Shown in pieces: positions 27,147-36,447 of a stretch of 38,138 nt of DNA; within the stretch, counting starts at the first letter, position 1; every line of letters starts with the position of its first letter. The DNA lies in NCBI GenBank assembly GCA_943325145.2, contig CALPOI020000001.1, positions 1 through 38,138 of the forward strand, read 5' to 3'. Under the pieces are notes generated by a model. That model saw only the letters and a list, made by a program, of their open reading frames with translations, was not told where the DNA came from and searched no databases. Position numbers and translations under genes: made by a program. The stretch is from Candidatus Planktophila lacus (GTDB taxonomy: Bacteria; Bacteroidota; Bacteroidia; Flavobacteriales_D; Crocinitomicaceae).

Positions 27147-27982
27147 GACTGCTTTTTTTTCTATTCCTATTTGCTACTACAGCGTCTATTGGACAAAAAA
27201 TAAATAAAATAGGGAAACTCCCTAAGTCTATCGAAGAATCCTCAGGACTAATATTGTATAATGATACTTTATTCATCACGCACAATGACAGTGGAGATAA
27301 ACCCATTCTATATTTCATCAACTTAAAAGGGGATTTAATTCACCAGATTACCATTTCAAATGCAATCAATGACGACTGGGAAGAAATCACAAAAGATGAA
27401 CAGGGAAACATCTATATTGGAGACTTTGGTAACAATTTAAACAAACGTAAAAATCTTACCATCTACAAAATAGCGCCAGAAAATTTGCTTAAAACCACGC
27501 ATGTAGTTGCAAAAATCATCACATTTTCCTATCCTGATCAAACAGCTTTTCCGCCTGAAGAAGCAACACTCAATTTTGATGCAGAAGCGATGTTTTTTCA
27601 CAACGATTCACTTTGGGTATTTACCAAATGTAGGGCAGTTCCATTTCATGGGAATACCTTTATTTATGCTATTCCAAGTCAACCTGGAAATTATACCGCA
27701 ACAGCTAAAGGAAAATTATTTATTGGGGATAAGGGGTTTGCAAAAGACGCTATCACTGGAGTAACTTTCGGTCATTCAACACTTTATTTATTAACTTACA
27801 ACCGAATAGTTGTCTATGAGTTGAACAATAATACCTTTCAATTTAAGAAAACAATCGCCACAACACCTTACTCTCAAAAAGAGGCAATTGCGATTTCCCG
27901 AGATCAATCAACCTTATTTTTGACCGACGAAGTTCAAAAAATTATTGGCGGAGGAAACCTCTATAAAATAAACTTAAAATGA
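27143..27982 (+). CDS. hypothetical secreted protein, possibly beta-propeller (SdiA-regulated/YjiK-like)
   Basis: Signal peptide MRLLFFLFLFATTASIG, then IEESSGL near the N-terminus. Beta-rich repeats such as NIYIGDFGNN. The family call is tentative. Confidence 0.4.
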   Translation: MRLLFFLFLFATTASIGQKINKIGKLPKSIEESSGLILYNDTLFITHNDSGDKPILYFINLKGDLIHQITISNAINDDWEEITKDEQGNIYIGDFGNNLNKRKNLTIYKIAPENLLKTTHVVAKIITFSYPDQTAFPPEEATLNFDAEAMFFHNDSLWVFTKCRAVPFHGNTFIYAIPSQPGNYTATAKGKLFIGDKGFAKDAITGVTFGHSTLYLLTYNRIVVYELNNNTFQFKKTIATTPYSQKEAIAISRDQSTLFLTDEVQKIIGGGNLYKINLK

Positions 27983-28650
27983 AGTTGAAACTTACAAACT
28001 ACGATGCGGTCATCTTTGACATGGATGGTGTATTGATCGATTCTGAGCCAACTTGGAAAATTGCAATGGAACAAGCTTTTAAAGCAGTTGGATGTCCGTT
28101 AACTCCGAAAGAATTTCAAAAAACTACTGGAATGCGGATTGACGAAGTTGTCTCCTACTGGCACGAGGTCGCTCCTTGGAAAGACGCTTCAATAAAAGAA
28201 GTAGAAAATTCAATCGTTGACAAAATGGCAGAATTAATTCTAAAAGAAGGTGTTGCATTAGAAGGAGTGGTTGAAACACTTCACTTTTTAAAAGAAAATA
28301 AAATTAAAATTGGTCTCGCAACTTCATCATACCGTCGATTGATTGATGCAGTACTTTCCAAACTTTGTATTCAAAACTTTTTTGATTTTACCCACAGTGC
28401 CGAAAATGAAAAATTCGGGAAACCTCATCCAGGAGTTTATCTAACAACAGCAGAAGCACTAAGATGCACTCCCAAAAGATGTTTGGTCATTGAAGACTCA
28501 TTGAATGGAATAATTTCAGGCAAGGCTGCAACAATGGATGTTGTATGCATTCCTGAAAAAAGTCACCTCCCAAATCCAAAAATCATTCTTGCTGATTATC
28601 ATTTTGGGAGTATGAAAGAATTTCTCAATGATCTAAAATGTAATGATTAA
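27979..28650 (+). CDS. hxpB: HAD-IA sugar phosphatase (YniC/HxpB-like)
   Basis: HAD motif I (VIFDMDGVLIDSEP), motif II (LATSS), and GKPHPGVYL with VIEDSLNGIISGKAA. Colinear with E. coli YniC as I recall it. Confidence 0.7.
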   Translation: MKLKLTNYDAVIFDMDGVLIDSEPTWKIAMEQAFKAVGCPLTPKEFQKTTGMRIDEVVSYWHEVAPWKDASIKEVENSIVDKMAELILKEGVALEGVVETLHFLKENKIKIGLATSSYRRLIDAVLSKLCIQNFFDFTHSAENEKFGKPHPGVYLTTAEALRCTPKRCLVIEDSLNGIISGKAATMDVVCIPEKSHLPNPKIILADYHFGSMKEFLNDLKCND

Positions 28651-28901
28651 TTTTGATTAAACAAATCCACCAATTTGTATCTGAAATCAGTCAACTTTTT
28701 CAAATCCTCTGTTGATGCGTAACCACCTTTAAAGTCTCTTACAAAATCTGCATACAAAAACTTCATTTCAGAAAACTTTGCATGTTCTGCTATAGACTTG
28801 AACACCTTCCCTGATAACATGCCAGGTTTTTCACTTAAAACAAGTTTTGTTAATCCATCAATGATTTCATTCGATAAATCGATAATTTCTCTTTCATCCA
28901 T
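28647..28901 (-). CDS. hypothetical small helical protein (84 aa)
   Basis: ORF 11 nt downstream of, and co-oriented with, the metalloprotease gene. No signal peptide and no recognisable motif. Confidence 0.45.
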   Translation of the reverse strand: MDEREIIDLSNEIIDGLTKLVLSEKPGMLSGKVFKSIAEHAKFSEMKFLYADFVRDFKGGYASTEDLKKLTDFRYKLVDLFNQN

Positions 28902-28912
28902 AATACTTTCAA

Positions 28913-31048
28913 TTATTCTTTGATTATTTTCTGTATTTCTTTTACGTCACCCGTTTTCAAAACAACAATGTAGGTTCCTTTTTCTAATTTTTCCAACGAT
29001 AAATTAAATTCATTGTTTGTAGAAGTAAGTTCTTTCACTAAATGTATTTTTCCAACAAGATCAGCAATTTCAACTTCTACTGGTTGATTTGAATTAGGAT
29101 TATTAATAGTGACAATATCTTTAACAGGATTAGGAAACAATTTAAACGTAGAAAAAGAATGTCTCAATACACTTGCAGTAGTTGTTGTGTCTTTCTCCTC
29201 TAACTTAACAATTGAGTCTGAAGGTGAACCAGCATACAAATTAATGTCATCTAAATACAAGTTGTTTCCTCCATTCACTGCATCGTTTTTAAACATAAAC
29301 TTTATTCGTGTTCCAGGTTGCCAATATTTGGCATCAATTGTTTTAAGGTGAATTGTCTTCCATTCTGGATCGCTTTCTATTCCAAGCAAAGCTCCAGAAG
29401 GTTTCCAACTCGCTGCTTCAGCAATTGTTGAAAGCCGTGAACCATCCAAATAAAGTTTAGACGACCAATTTACACCACAGTCGTTTGATAGATAAACATA
29501 TAGGTATTCTCTAGTTGTTGATTTTAATTTTCTATAAGCATATCTAAAACTTAGAGTAATTAATTTGTCTTTATTAATCTCAGTTAAATCAAATGGTGCT
29601 GAAACCAATTCATCCACACTTTTTACATTCTGACCAAAATTTTGTAATGTAGCAGATTTAACACCAGAACGAGCTGCTTGACTAGTCACTTCAAACGAAG
29701 CATTTTTCTCTGGATTCACTACCGTCCAATTTGAAATTAGTGGTCCGTTGATATTTTTTTCAAAACCTTCGTAGTAAGGTAATGTTAGATTTTTTTGTAT
29801 TGTAAATACTTTAGAAATCGACAACGTTTGAGTTCCATTGGATACTTTCAGGCTAATTGTAAAAGTTCCCGGTTCAGAAAAAGTATATGTTGGACTTTTA
29901 ATCGTCGAAGAAGTGCCATCAGGAAAAGTCCACAACCAAGAAGTAACATTGTTGTAAGAAATATCATTAAACGTAACTGTTTCATTCTGACAAATTACTG
30001 AAGAACTACTTGTGAAATCTACCAAACACAATTGTGGATTAGCAGCACCAGTATTGTTTAAGTTTGTGGTAGACCATAAATTATTTCTTCCTCCAACGGA
30101 AGATTTCAAAGCAGCAATCATTCTAGCTTTTTGTCCTAAAGTAAACATCTTACTACAGTAAGAATATTCCATGTAATTTTCAACATTTTCAACAACTCCA
30201 GAAGTACAATTTGTAGGACCTACCGGACAGTTATATAACCATCCTTTCGTGATTGGTGTGTCGTCTACCTCATCGTCTCCACAAGAAACACCAGGTTCAT
30301 TGGTCGAACCCCAAACATGACTCAAGTTAAACCAGTGACCAACTTCATGAGTCATTGCTCTACTGTTCGTTACAGAACTTGTTCCAAACGAACCAATATA
30401 ACGGTGTAAAATCCATATCCCACCGTATAACATACTAGTTGTATTCATTGGATAATACGTATAACCAGCTTTACCATCCCCTAAATCTGCACAAATGAAT
30501 ACGTTTAAATATTTATTTGAGCTCCATTCTCCTTTAAAGACATCATTCCCATTTCTGATCATTTTTACTTGTTCAAACCCATCTGTTGTGTCAGAAGTCG
30601 CTAACGTACGAGTAATTCCAGAAAAACATTTTCCATTCGGAGCTTTTGTCGCTAATACAAACTCAATCTCAGCATCTGCAGCCAATCCTTTAAAAGCTGG
30701 ATGAATGCCTGAAGTATCCGCATTTAGCTTTCTAAAATCGCGGTTCAAAATTCGAACAGCATCAACAATTTGGTCGTTTGAAATGTTTTCAATGCCTCCT
30801 TTATGTAAAACGTGAAAAACAATAGGGATTTTATATACAACCCCACGCTTCATTGGCTCTTTTTTATATTCGTTCGCTGCTTGATTCAATAATTGTTGAG
30901 AAGCTTCAAATTCTTGTTTAAAGACCGGGTCTAAAAGTCGTTTATTTAATTGCTCTGTAGCGCCACAAAAACCTTTATGAAATTCTTGGGCAACAATTGA
31001 ACTTCCAAAAATTAAGAAAGTGCCTAACGATAGTAAAAATATACGCAT
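28913..31048 (-). CDS. secreted zinc metalloprotease (M43/pappalysin-like) with PKD domain and T9SS C-terminal sorting domain
   Basis: Signal peptide, then a metzincin-type site HEVGHWFNLSH. A PKD-like segment follows (WLWTFPDGTSSTIKSPTYTFSEPGTFTISLKVSNG). The C-terminus is T9SS-type: KLFPNPVKDIVTI...GTYIVVLKTG. Confidence 0.8.
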   Translation of the reverse strand: MRIFLLSLGTFLIFGSSIVAQEFHKGFCGATEQLNKRLLDPVFKQEFEASQQLLNQAANEYKKEPMKRGVVYKIPIVFHVLHKGGIENISNDQIVDAVRILNRDFRKLNADTSGIHPAFKGLAADAEIEFVLATKAPNGKCFSGITRTLATSDTTDGFEQVKMIRNGNDVFKGEWSSNKYLNVFICADLGDGKAGYTYYPMNTTSMLYGGIWILHRYIGSFGTSSVTNSRAMTHEVGHWFNLSHVWGSTNEPGVSCGDDEVDDTPITKGWLYNCPVGPTNCTSGVVENVENYMEYSYCSKMFTLGQKARMIAALKSSVGGRNNLWSTTNLNNTGAANPQLCLVDFTSSSSVICQNETVTFNDISYNNVTSWLWTFPDGTSSTIKSPTYTFSEPGTFTISLKVSNGTQTLSISKVFTIQKNLTLPYYEGFEKNINGPLISNWTVVNPEKNASFEVTSQAARSGVKSATLQNFGQNVKSVDELVSAPFDLTEINKDKLITLSFRYAYRKLKSTTREYLYVYLSNDCGVNWSSKLYLDGSRLSTIAEAASWKPSGALLGIESDPEWKTIHLKTIDAKYWQPGTRIKFMFKNDAVNGGNNLYLDDINLYAGSPSDSIVKLEEKDTTTTASVLRHSFSTFKLFPNPVKDIVTINNPNSNQPVEVEIADLVGKIHLVKELTSTNNEFNLSLEKLEKGTYIVVLKTGDVKEIQKIIKE

Positions 31049-31230
31049 GGTAAAATAAATTAACGAGTTGAAAAATACATAAAAAAACTACTCATAAAAC
31101 TTCTCTATCATTAAAACGAATAATTGTCAAAATAGTTGTGTGTAAAAATCAATAAAGATGCACTCCTAAAATGATTTTGATACCAAACAGAAATTGTATC
31201 TTTAAACCCTCAAAGCTTAAAGCAAAAAAC

Positions 31231-34056
31231 ATGGAGTATAATTTTCGTGAAATCGAAACAAAATGGCGTCAATTTTGGGCTGCCAACGAAACTTTTAAAA
31301 CTGAACATACCTCAACAAAACCAAAATATTATGTCTTAGACATGTTCCCTTATCCATCTGGAGCTGGATTGCATGTTGGACACCCTTTAGGCTACATCGC
31401 CTCAGATATTTATGCACGTTACAAACGATTGCAAGGATTCAATGTTTTGCACCCAATGGGGTACGACTCTTTTGGATTGCCAGCTGAACAATACGCTATC
31501 CAAACGGGACAACATCCTGCCATTACTACAGAGGACAATATTCATAGATACAGAGATCAATTGGATAACATTGGTTTTTCATTTGACTGGTCAAAAGAAG
31601 TACGCACTTCAAGTCCAGAATATTACAAATGGACCCAGTGGATATTCACAGAACTTTTTGCCTCTTGGTTCAATAATGCTACTCAAAAAGCAGAACCAAT
31701 TGAAGCACTGATTGAAAAATTCGAAAAAGAAGGGAACTCAACGGTAACTGCTTGTACTGACTTCGAACAAACGTTTAGCGCAGAACAATGGAATGCATTT
31801 ACATCCATCGAAAAAGAATCAATTCTACAAGAATACAGATTAGCCTACCTTGCTGATTCGTGGGTAAATTGGTGTCCTGCGCTTGGAACAGTGCTTGCAA
31901 ACGACGAAGTAATTAATGGTTTGTCTGAACGTGGGAATCATCCAGTCGAACAAAAGAAAATGCGCCAATGGTCGTTACGAATCAAAGCGTACGGTGAACG
32001 TTTATTGACTGGACTAGAAGAATTAGATTGGACAGAATCTATCAAAGAAATTCAACGCAATTGGATAGGAAAATCTCAAGGTGCTTCGGTAGAATTCAAT
32101 GTGGAAGGTAGTTCAGAAAAAATCGAAGTCTTTACTACGAGACCTGACACCATTTTTGGCGTGACATTTTTAGTCTTAGCTCCAGAACATCCACTTGTAA
32201 ATCAACTAACTACAGAAGATAGGAAAGTAGCTGTAGCAGCTTACCAAAAAGAAGCTTCTTTAAAAACAGAAAGAGACCGTCAAGCAAATGTAAAACACAT
32301 TTCTGGCGTGAATATTGGTGCATACGCAATTCATCCATTTACAGGTGAAATAGTAGAATTATGGATCGGTGATTACGTTTTAGCTTCCTACGGAACAGGG
32401 GCTGTAATGGCTGTTCCTTGCGGTGACCAACGCGATTGGGATTTTGCAAGACATTTTAATTTAGAAATCAAAAACATCTTTGAAAACATTGATATATCTG
32501 AAGCTGCTTATGCAGAAAAAGAAGGTGTAATTGCTAATTCAGGTTTCCTAACTGGATTACCAATTAAATCAGCGATTGTGAAAGCAATTGAAGCCGTCGA
32601 AGAAAAACAAATAGGAAAAGGAAAAACAAACTACCGCTTAAGAGACGCTGTTTTTTCGCGTCAACGTTACTGGGGTGAACCATTCCCTGTATACTACAAA
32701 GAGGGACTACCTCATATGATCGATGCCCAACATTTACCAATTGTTTTACCTGAAGTTGAAAAATACCTGCCAACTGAAGATGGGCAACCTCCTTTAGGAA
32801 ATTCAAAAGATTGGGCGTGGGACACAATTGCAAACAAAGTTGTTAGTAATGATGCTATCGATAATACATCTATTTTTCCTTTAGAATTAAATACAATGCC
32901 AGGATGGGCAGGAAGTTCATGGTATTTTTTAAGGTACATGGATGCGTCTAATTCAACCGCTTTTGCTTCTAAGGAACAAACAACTTATTGGAACAGTGTT
33001 GACTTATATATTGGTGGTTCAGAACATGCAACCGGACATTTATTGTATGCTCGTTTCTGGACGAAATTTCTAGCTGACAGAGGGTATTTATCTTTTGATG
33101 AGCCATTTAAAAAAATGATCAATCAAGGGATGATACTTGGACGCAGTAGTTTTGTTTACAGAACAACCGATGGAAAACAATTAATCTCGAAAAGCCAAAA
33201 AGAAAACTTCGAAACCATTCCATTACACGTAGATATTAGTTTGGTAGATAATGACCGATTAAACATTGAGGCATTTAAAAAATGGCGCCCTGAATATGCT
33301 GAAGCTAATTTTGTAATCGAAGAAGATGGTAGTTACCTGTGTGGTTCAGAGGTTGAAAAAATGTCAAAATCAAAGTTCAACGTTCAAACTCCAGATGAGT
33401 TAGTTGAAAAATTTGGTGCCGATACACTGAGAATGTACGAAATGTTTTTAGGTCCTTTAGAACAAAGTAAACCTTGGGACACTAAAGGAATCAATGGAGT
33501 ACACAATTTCTTACGGAAATTTTGGCGTTTATTTCACCAAAATGAAAATGGAAAAGAGTCTATTTTTAATGTAAGTGATGAAGAACCAACAAAAGAGGCA
33601 TTAAAAACATTGCATAAAACCATTCAAAAAATCTCAATAGATTTAGAACGTTTTTCATTCAATACAGGGGTTTCTAATTTTATGATAGCAACCAACGAAT
33701 TAACAGAACAAAAATGTTCAAACCGTGCTATCTTAACTGACCTTTTGGTATTGTTATCACCTTATGCACCACATATCTGCGAAGAATTATGGGTGCAACT
33801 TGGACATGAAGCAGGAACATTAAGTCACGCATCGCTTCCTATTTGTAATGAGAGTTATTTAGTCGCAGATACATTCTCCTATCCTGTTTCATTCAATGGT
33901 AAGGTACGTTTCAAAGTAGAGCTTTCAGCCTCTTTAGACAGCAAATCAATCGAAGACCATGTGATGAAAATGAAAGAAATGGAAAAATACCTAGAAGGTA
34001 AAACACCGAAAAAATTCATCGTAGTTCCAGGACGAATTGTAAATGTTGTTGTATAA
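31231..34056 (+). CDS. leuS: leucyl-tRNA synthetase
   Basis: Class I motifs HVGHPLGY (HIGH) and KMSKSK (KMSKS). The conserved N-terminus MEYNFREIETKWRQFW starts at ATG 31231; the ORF-track start at 31171 adds 20 unlikely residues. Confidence 0.95.
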   Translation: MEYNFREIETKWRQFWAANETFKTEHTSTKPKYYVLDMFPYPSGAGLHVGHPLGYIASDIYARYKRLQGFNVLHPMGYDSFGLPAEQYAIQTGQHPAITTEDNIHRYRDQLDNIGFSFDWSKEVRTSSPEYYKWTQWIFTELFASWFNNATQKAEPIEALIEKFEKEGNSTVTACTDFEQTFSAEQWNAFTSIEKESILQEYRLAYLADSWVNWCPALGTVLANDEVINGLSERGNHPVEQKKMRQWSLRIKAYGERLLTGLEELDWTESIKEIQRNWIGKSQGASVEFNVEGSSEKIEVFTTRPDTIFGVTFLVLAPEHPLVNQLTTEDRKVAVAAYQKEASLKTERDRQANVKHISGVNIGAYAIHPFTGEIVELWIGDYVLASYGTGAVMAVPCGDQRDWDFARHFNLEIKNIFENIDISEAAYAEKEGVIANSGFLTGLPIKSAIVKAIEAVEEKQIGKGKTNYRLRDAVFSRQRYWGEPFPVYYKEGLPHMIDAQHLPIVLPEVEKYLPTEDGQPPLGNSKDWAWDTIANKVVSNDAIDNTSIFPLELNTMPGWAGSSWYFLRYMDASNSTAFASKEQTTYWNSVDLYIGGSEHATGHLLYARFWTKFLADRGYLSFDEPFKKMINQGMILGRSSFVYRTTDGKQLISKSQKENFETIPLHVDISLVDNDRLNIEAFKKWRPEYAEANFVIEEDGSYLCGSEVEKMSKSKFNVQTPDELVEKFGADTLRMYEMFLGPLEQSKPWDTKGINGVHNFLRKFWRLFHQNENGKESIFNVSDEEPTKEALKTLHKTIQKISIDLERFSFNTGVSNFMIATNELTEQKCSNRAILTDLLVLLSPYAPHICEELWVQLGHEAGTLSHASLPICNESYLVADTFSYPVSFNGKVRFKVELSASLDSKSIEDHVMKMKEMEKYLEGKTPKKFIVVPGRIVNVVV

Positions 34057-34065
34057 CACTAATTC

Positions 34066-34089
34066 AGGAGGGGAAACCCTCCTTTTTTA
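34066..34089 (+). terminator. intrinsic terminator of leuS
   Basis: Stem aggaggg/ccctcct with a GAAA tetraloop, followed by TTTTTT. Confidence 0.85.
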
Positions 34090-34092
34090 TTT

Positions 34093-36447
34093 ATGAAGTT
34101 ATTTAAAATCAGTATTTTATTTGTCTTATTCCTTATCTCTTCCAAAGTAGTTGGACAAATAAAAAAAGACAGTGTCACTGAAATATCAGAAGTAACTATT
34201 CGTGCTCTTTCAAAAAAACAACGCGGAAAGGAAATAATGAAGCAAGTCATTGAAAAAAGAAATGAATTTGCTCAATTTCAAAAAAAATACAGTTGTTCCA
34301 TTTACTCTGTCACTTCACTTCAAGAAGATAAACTAGACAGTCTACTTAAAGTAGCCAATCAACTCAAAAAAGATACCATCGCTTACACGAAATACATTGA
34401 TAGTATTCTAGATAAAAAAACAATTACAACACGAACAACGAGCTTATTAGAATGGAAATCTAAAAGTTATAAAGACGAACTTCGCTACAAAGATGAATTT
34501 GAGGGATACCAGGATTTTTCTCAACAAGGGAAAGTCTATGTAAGAGAAAATAGAGGCTCAGGTACAAATTCAAACATGAGTGGGGTGGAATCAATTGCTC
34601 CAGCAGTTGCGCAAACCGTCAATCCTTTTGTATTTATTAAAGGACTAAAACAAGCTGATTTCGATATTTACCAAAACTTAATTTCGGCTGAAGGCATTTG
34701 TAACAAACCAATCGTATCTCCCCTTGCTTACAATGCCTTACTCTTCTATAATTTTTACCTCGAAAATACGTATTCAGCCAACTCTGATAGTATCCAATAT
34801 GAAATTCGGGTAGAGCCCATTTTTAAAGAAGAAGCATTGGTAAGTGGTATCCTAATTGTAAAAGACAACACCTGGGAAGTGATTGATTATCAGTTAAAAA
34901 TAAATCAAGGGGCTTTACTCTACTTTGAAGATTTTAATGTAAAATCAAATTATGCTTATGTCAATCAACAATTACTACCCTTAAAAAAATACTTTGATTA
35001 CACAATTCGACAAGGTGGAAAAAAAATTACTGGTAAAAACAAAACGCATTATTCAAATTATGAACCTTTAGAAAAACAACCAAATTCATTTTGGAACGAA
35101 ACTGCCTTTTATGGTGATGATGCTCGAAGTAAAGACAGCAATTACTGGTCTTCCAATCGACAATTTGAAATGTCTCCAATCGATAAACGCTACCTTCATA
35201 AAGAAGACAGCATACGAAATTATAAAAAAAGCAATCCTTACTTAGCAAAAAGAGATAGTCTCTTCAATGCAACCAGTTTTTGGGATGTAACACTTTTTGG
35301 AATAGGTTTTAGAAATACGTTTAAAAAGAGAGAGTTTCAAATTAGTCCATTAGTCACTCAAGTTGTACCATTAGGGGTTGGCGGATACCGACATCGCATG
35401 AGTGTTACCTACATACAAGGATTTAAAAATGGAACTTCCATCGATATCGAACCAACTCTTGACTATGGTTTTATGAATAGAGATCTAAAAGGAGAATTTG
35501 CAGTAGGTTATTTATACAACCCTAAAAACTTCTCTAAAATAACACTTAGAGTTGGTGATATATACGATTATATCAACAGTTACCAAAGTATTCAAGGAAC
35601 ATTTGGCCCGGGGAACAGAGTTCGTAATCAAAAAGTTGAACTAACTTATCGCGTCGAACTTGTAAATAGCTTGTATCTTAAAACTAACTTGAATTATTCG
35701 AATAGAATTTCCATTGGAGATATGAAATACCCAAAATGGGTAGATATTTTCGGGGTGTTTGCAAAAGCACAACCTTTTGAAGGCTATAAAGTCTTTGTTG
35801 GGAGTACAGAATTAGAGTACCATCCATTTCAAAAATACGTGTTTCAAGAAAATCAAAAAGTAGTTACAGAAGATAAATACCCTACCCTCTCCTTAAAATA
35901 TACCACAGGTATTCCGAATGTATTTGGAGGTCAGTCGAACTTCAATTACTTAGAATTTAGATTAACAGAAGACGGCAAACTTGCCACCTTAGGAGACTAC
36001 CAACTAAGATTCAATGCAGGTTCGTTTCTACATAAAAAAGACTTACGACTTATTGAATACAAGTATTTTAGAACATCAGATGCGTACTTTTTTTCTAATC
36101 CAACCAATTCAATGCAATTAATTGATACACTTTTAAGTACTGCATCAAATTACCTTCAATTCAACTATATCCATCATTTCAACGGGTTCTTTTTTGATAA
36201 AATTTGGCTTTTAAATAAATTAAAATTAGAAGAATGTGTTGGAGGAGGATTATTAAGTGTTCCGGATAAAAAATTCCATACCGTGGAAATTTATGCAGGT
36301 TTAGAACGAAGATTTAAAATAAAAAAACAACTCTTTCGATTTGGAATCTATGCCGTACAAGCTACTTCAACTAGAAATTCATTGGATTACCAACTTAAAT
36401 TTGGAATCAATGCCTACGATAGTTTCAGACAAAAATGGTTTTATTGA
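34093..36447 (+). CDS. large outer-membrane-type protein (DUF5686-like, beta-rich)
   Basis: Signal peptide MKLFKISILFVLFLISSKVVG. Long beta-rich sequence ending in aromatic ...RQKWFY, as beta-barrel OMPs do. The family name is recalled, not verified. Confidence 0.5.
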   Translation: MKLFKISILFVLFLISSKVVGQIKKDSVTEISEVTIRALSKKQRGKEIMKQVIEKRNEFAQFQKKYSCSIYSVTSLQEDKLDSLLKVANQLKKDTIAYTKYIDSILDKKTITTRTTSLLEWKSKSYKDELRYKDEFEGYQDFSQQGKVYVRENRGSGTNSNMSGVESIAPAVAQTVNPFVFIKGLKQADFDIYQNLISAEGICNKPIVSPLAYNALLFYNFYLENTYSANSDSIQYEIRVEPIFKEEALVSGILIVKDNTWEVIDYQLKINQGALLYFEDFNVKSNYAYVNQQLLPLKKYFDYTIRQGGKKITGKNKTHYSNYEPLEKQPNSFWNETAFYGDDARSKDSNYWSSNRQFEMSPIDKRYLHKEDSIRNYKKSNPYLAKRDSLFNATSFWDVTLFGIGFRNTFKKREFQISPLVTQVVPLGVGGYRHRMSVTYIQGFKNGTSIDIEPTLDYGFMNRDLKGEFAVGYLYNPKNFSKITLRVGDIYDYINSYQSIQGTFGPGNRVRNQKVELTYRVELVNSLYLKTNLNYSNRISIGDMKYPKWVDIFGVFAKAQPFEGYKVFVGSTELEYHPFQKYVFQENQKVVTEDKYPTLSLKYTTGIPNVFGGQSNFNYLEFRLTEDGKLATLGDYQLRFNAGSFLHKKDLRLIEYKYFRTSDAYFFSNPTNSMQLIDTLLSTASNYLQFNYIHHFNGFFFDKIWLLNKLKLEECVGGGLLSVPDKKFHTVEIYAGLERRFKIKKQLFRFGIYAVQATSTRNSLDYQLKFGINAYDSFRQKWFY

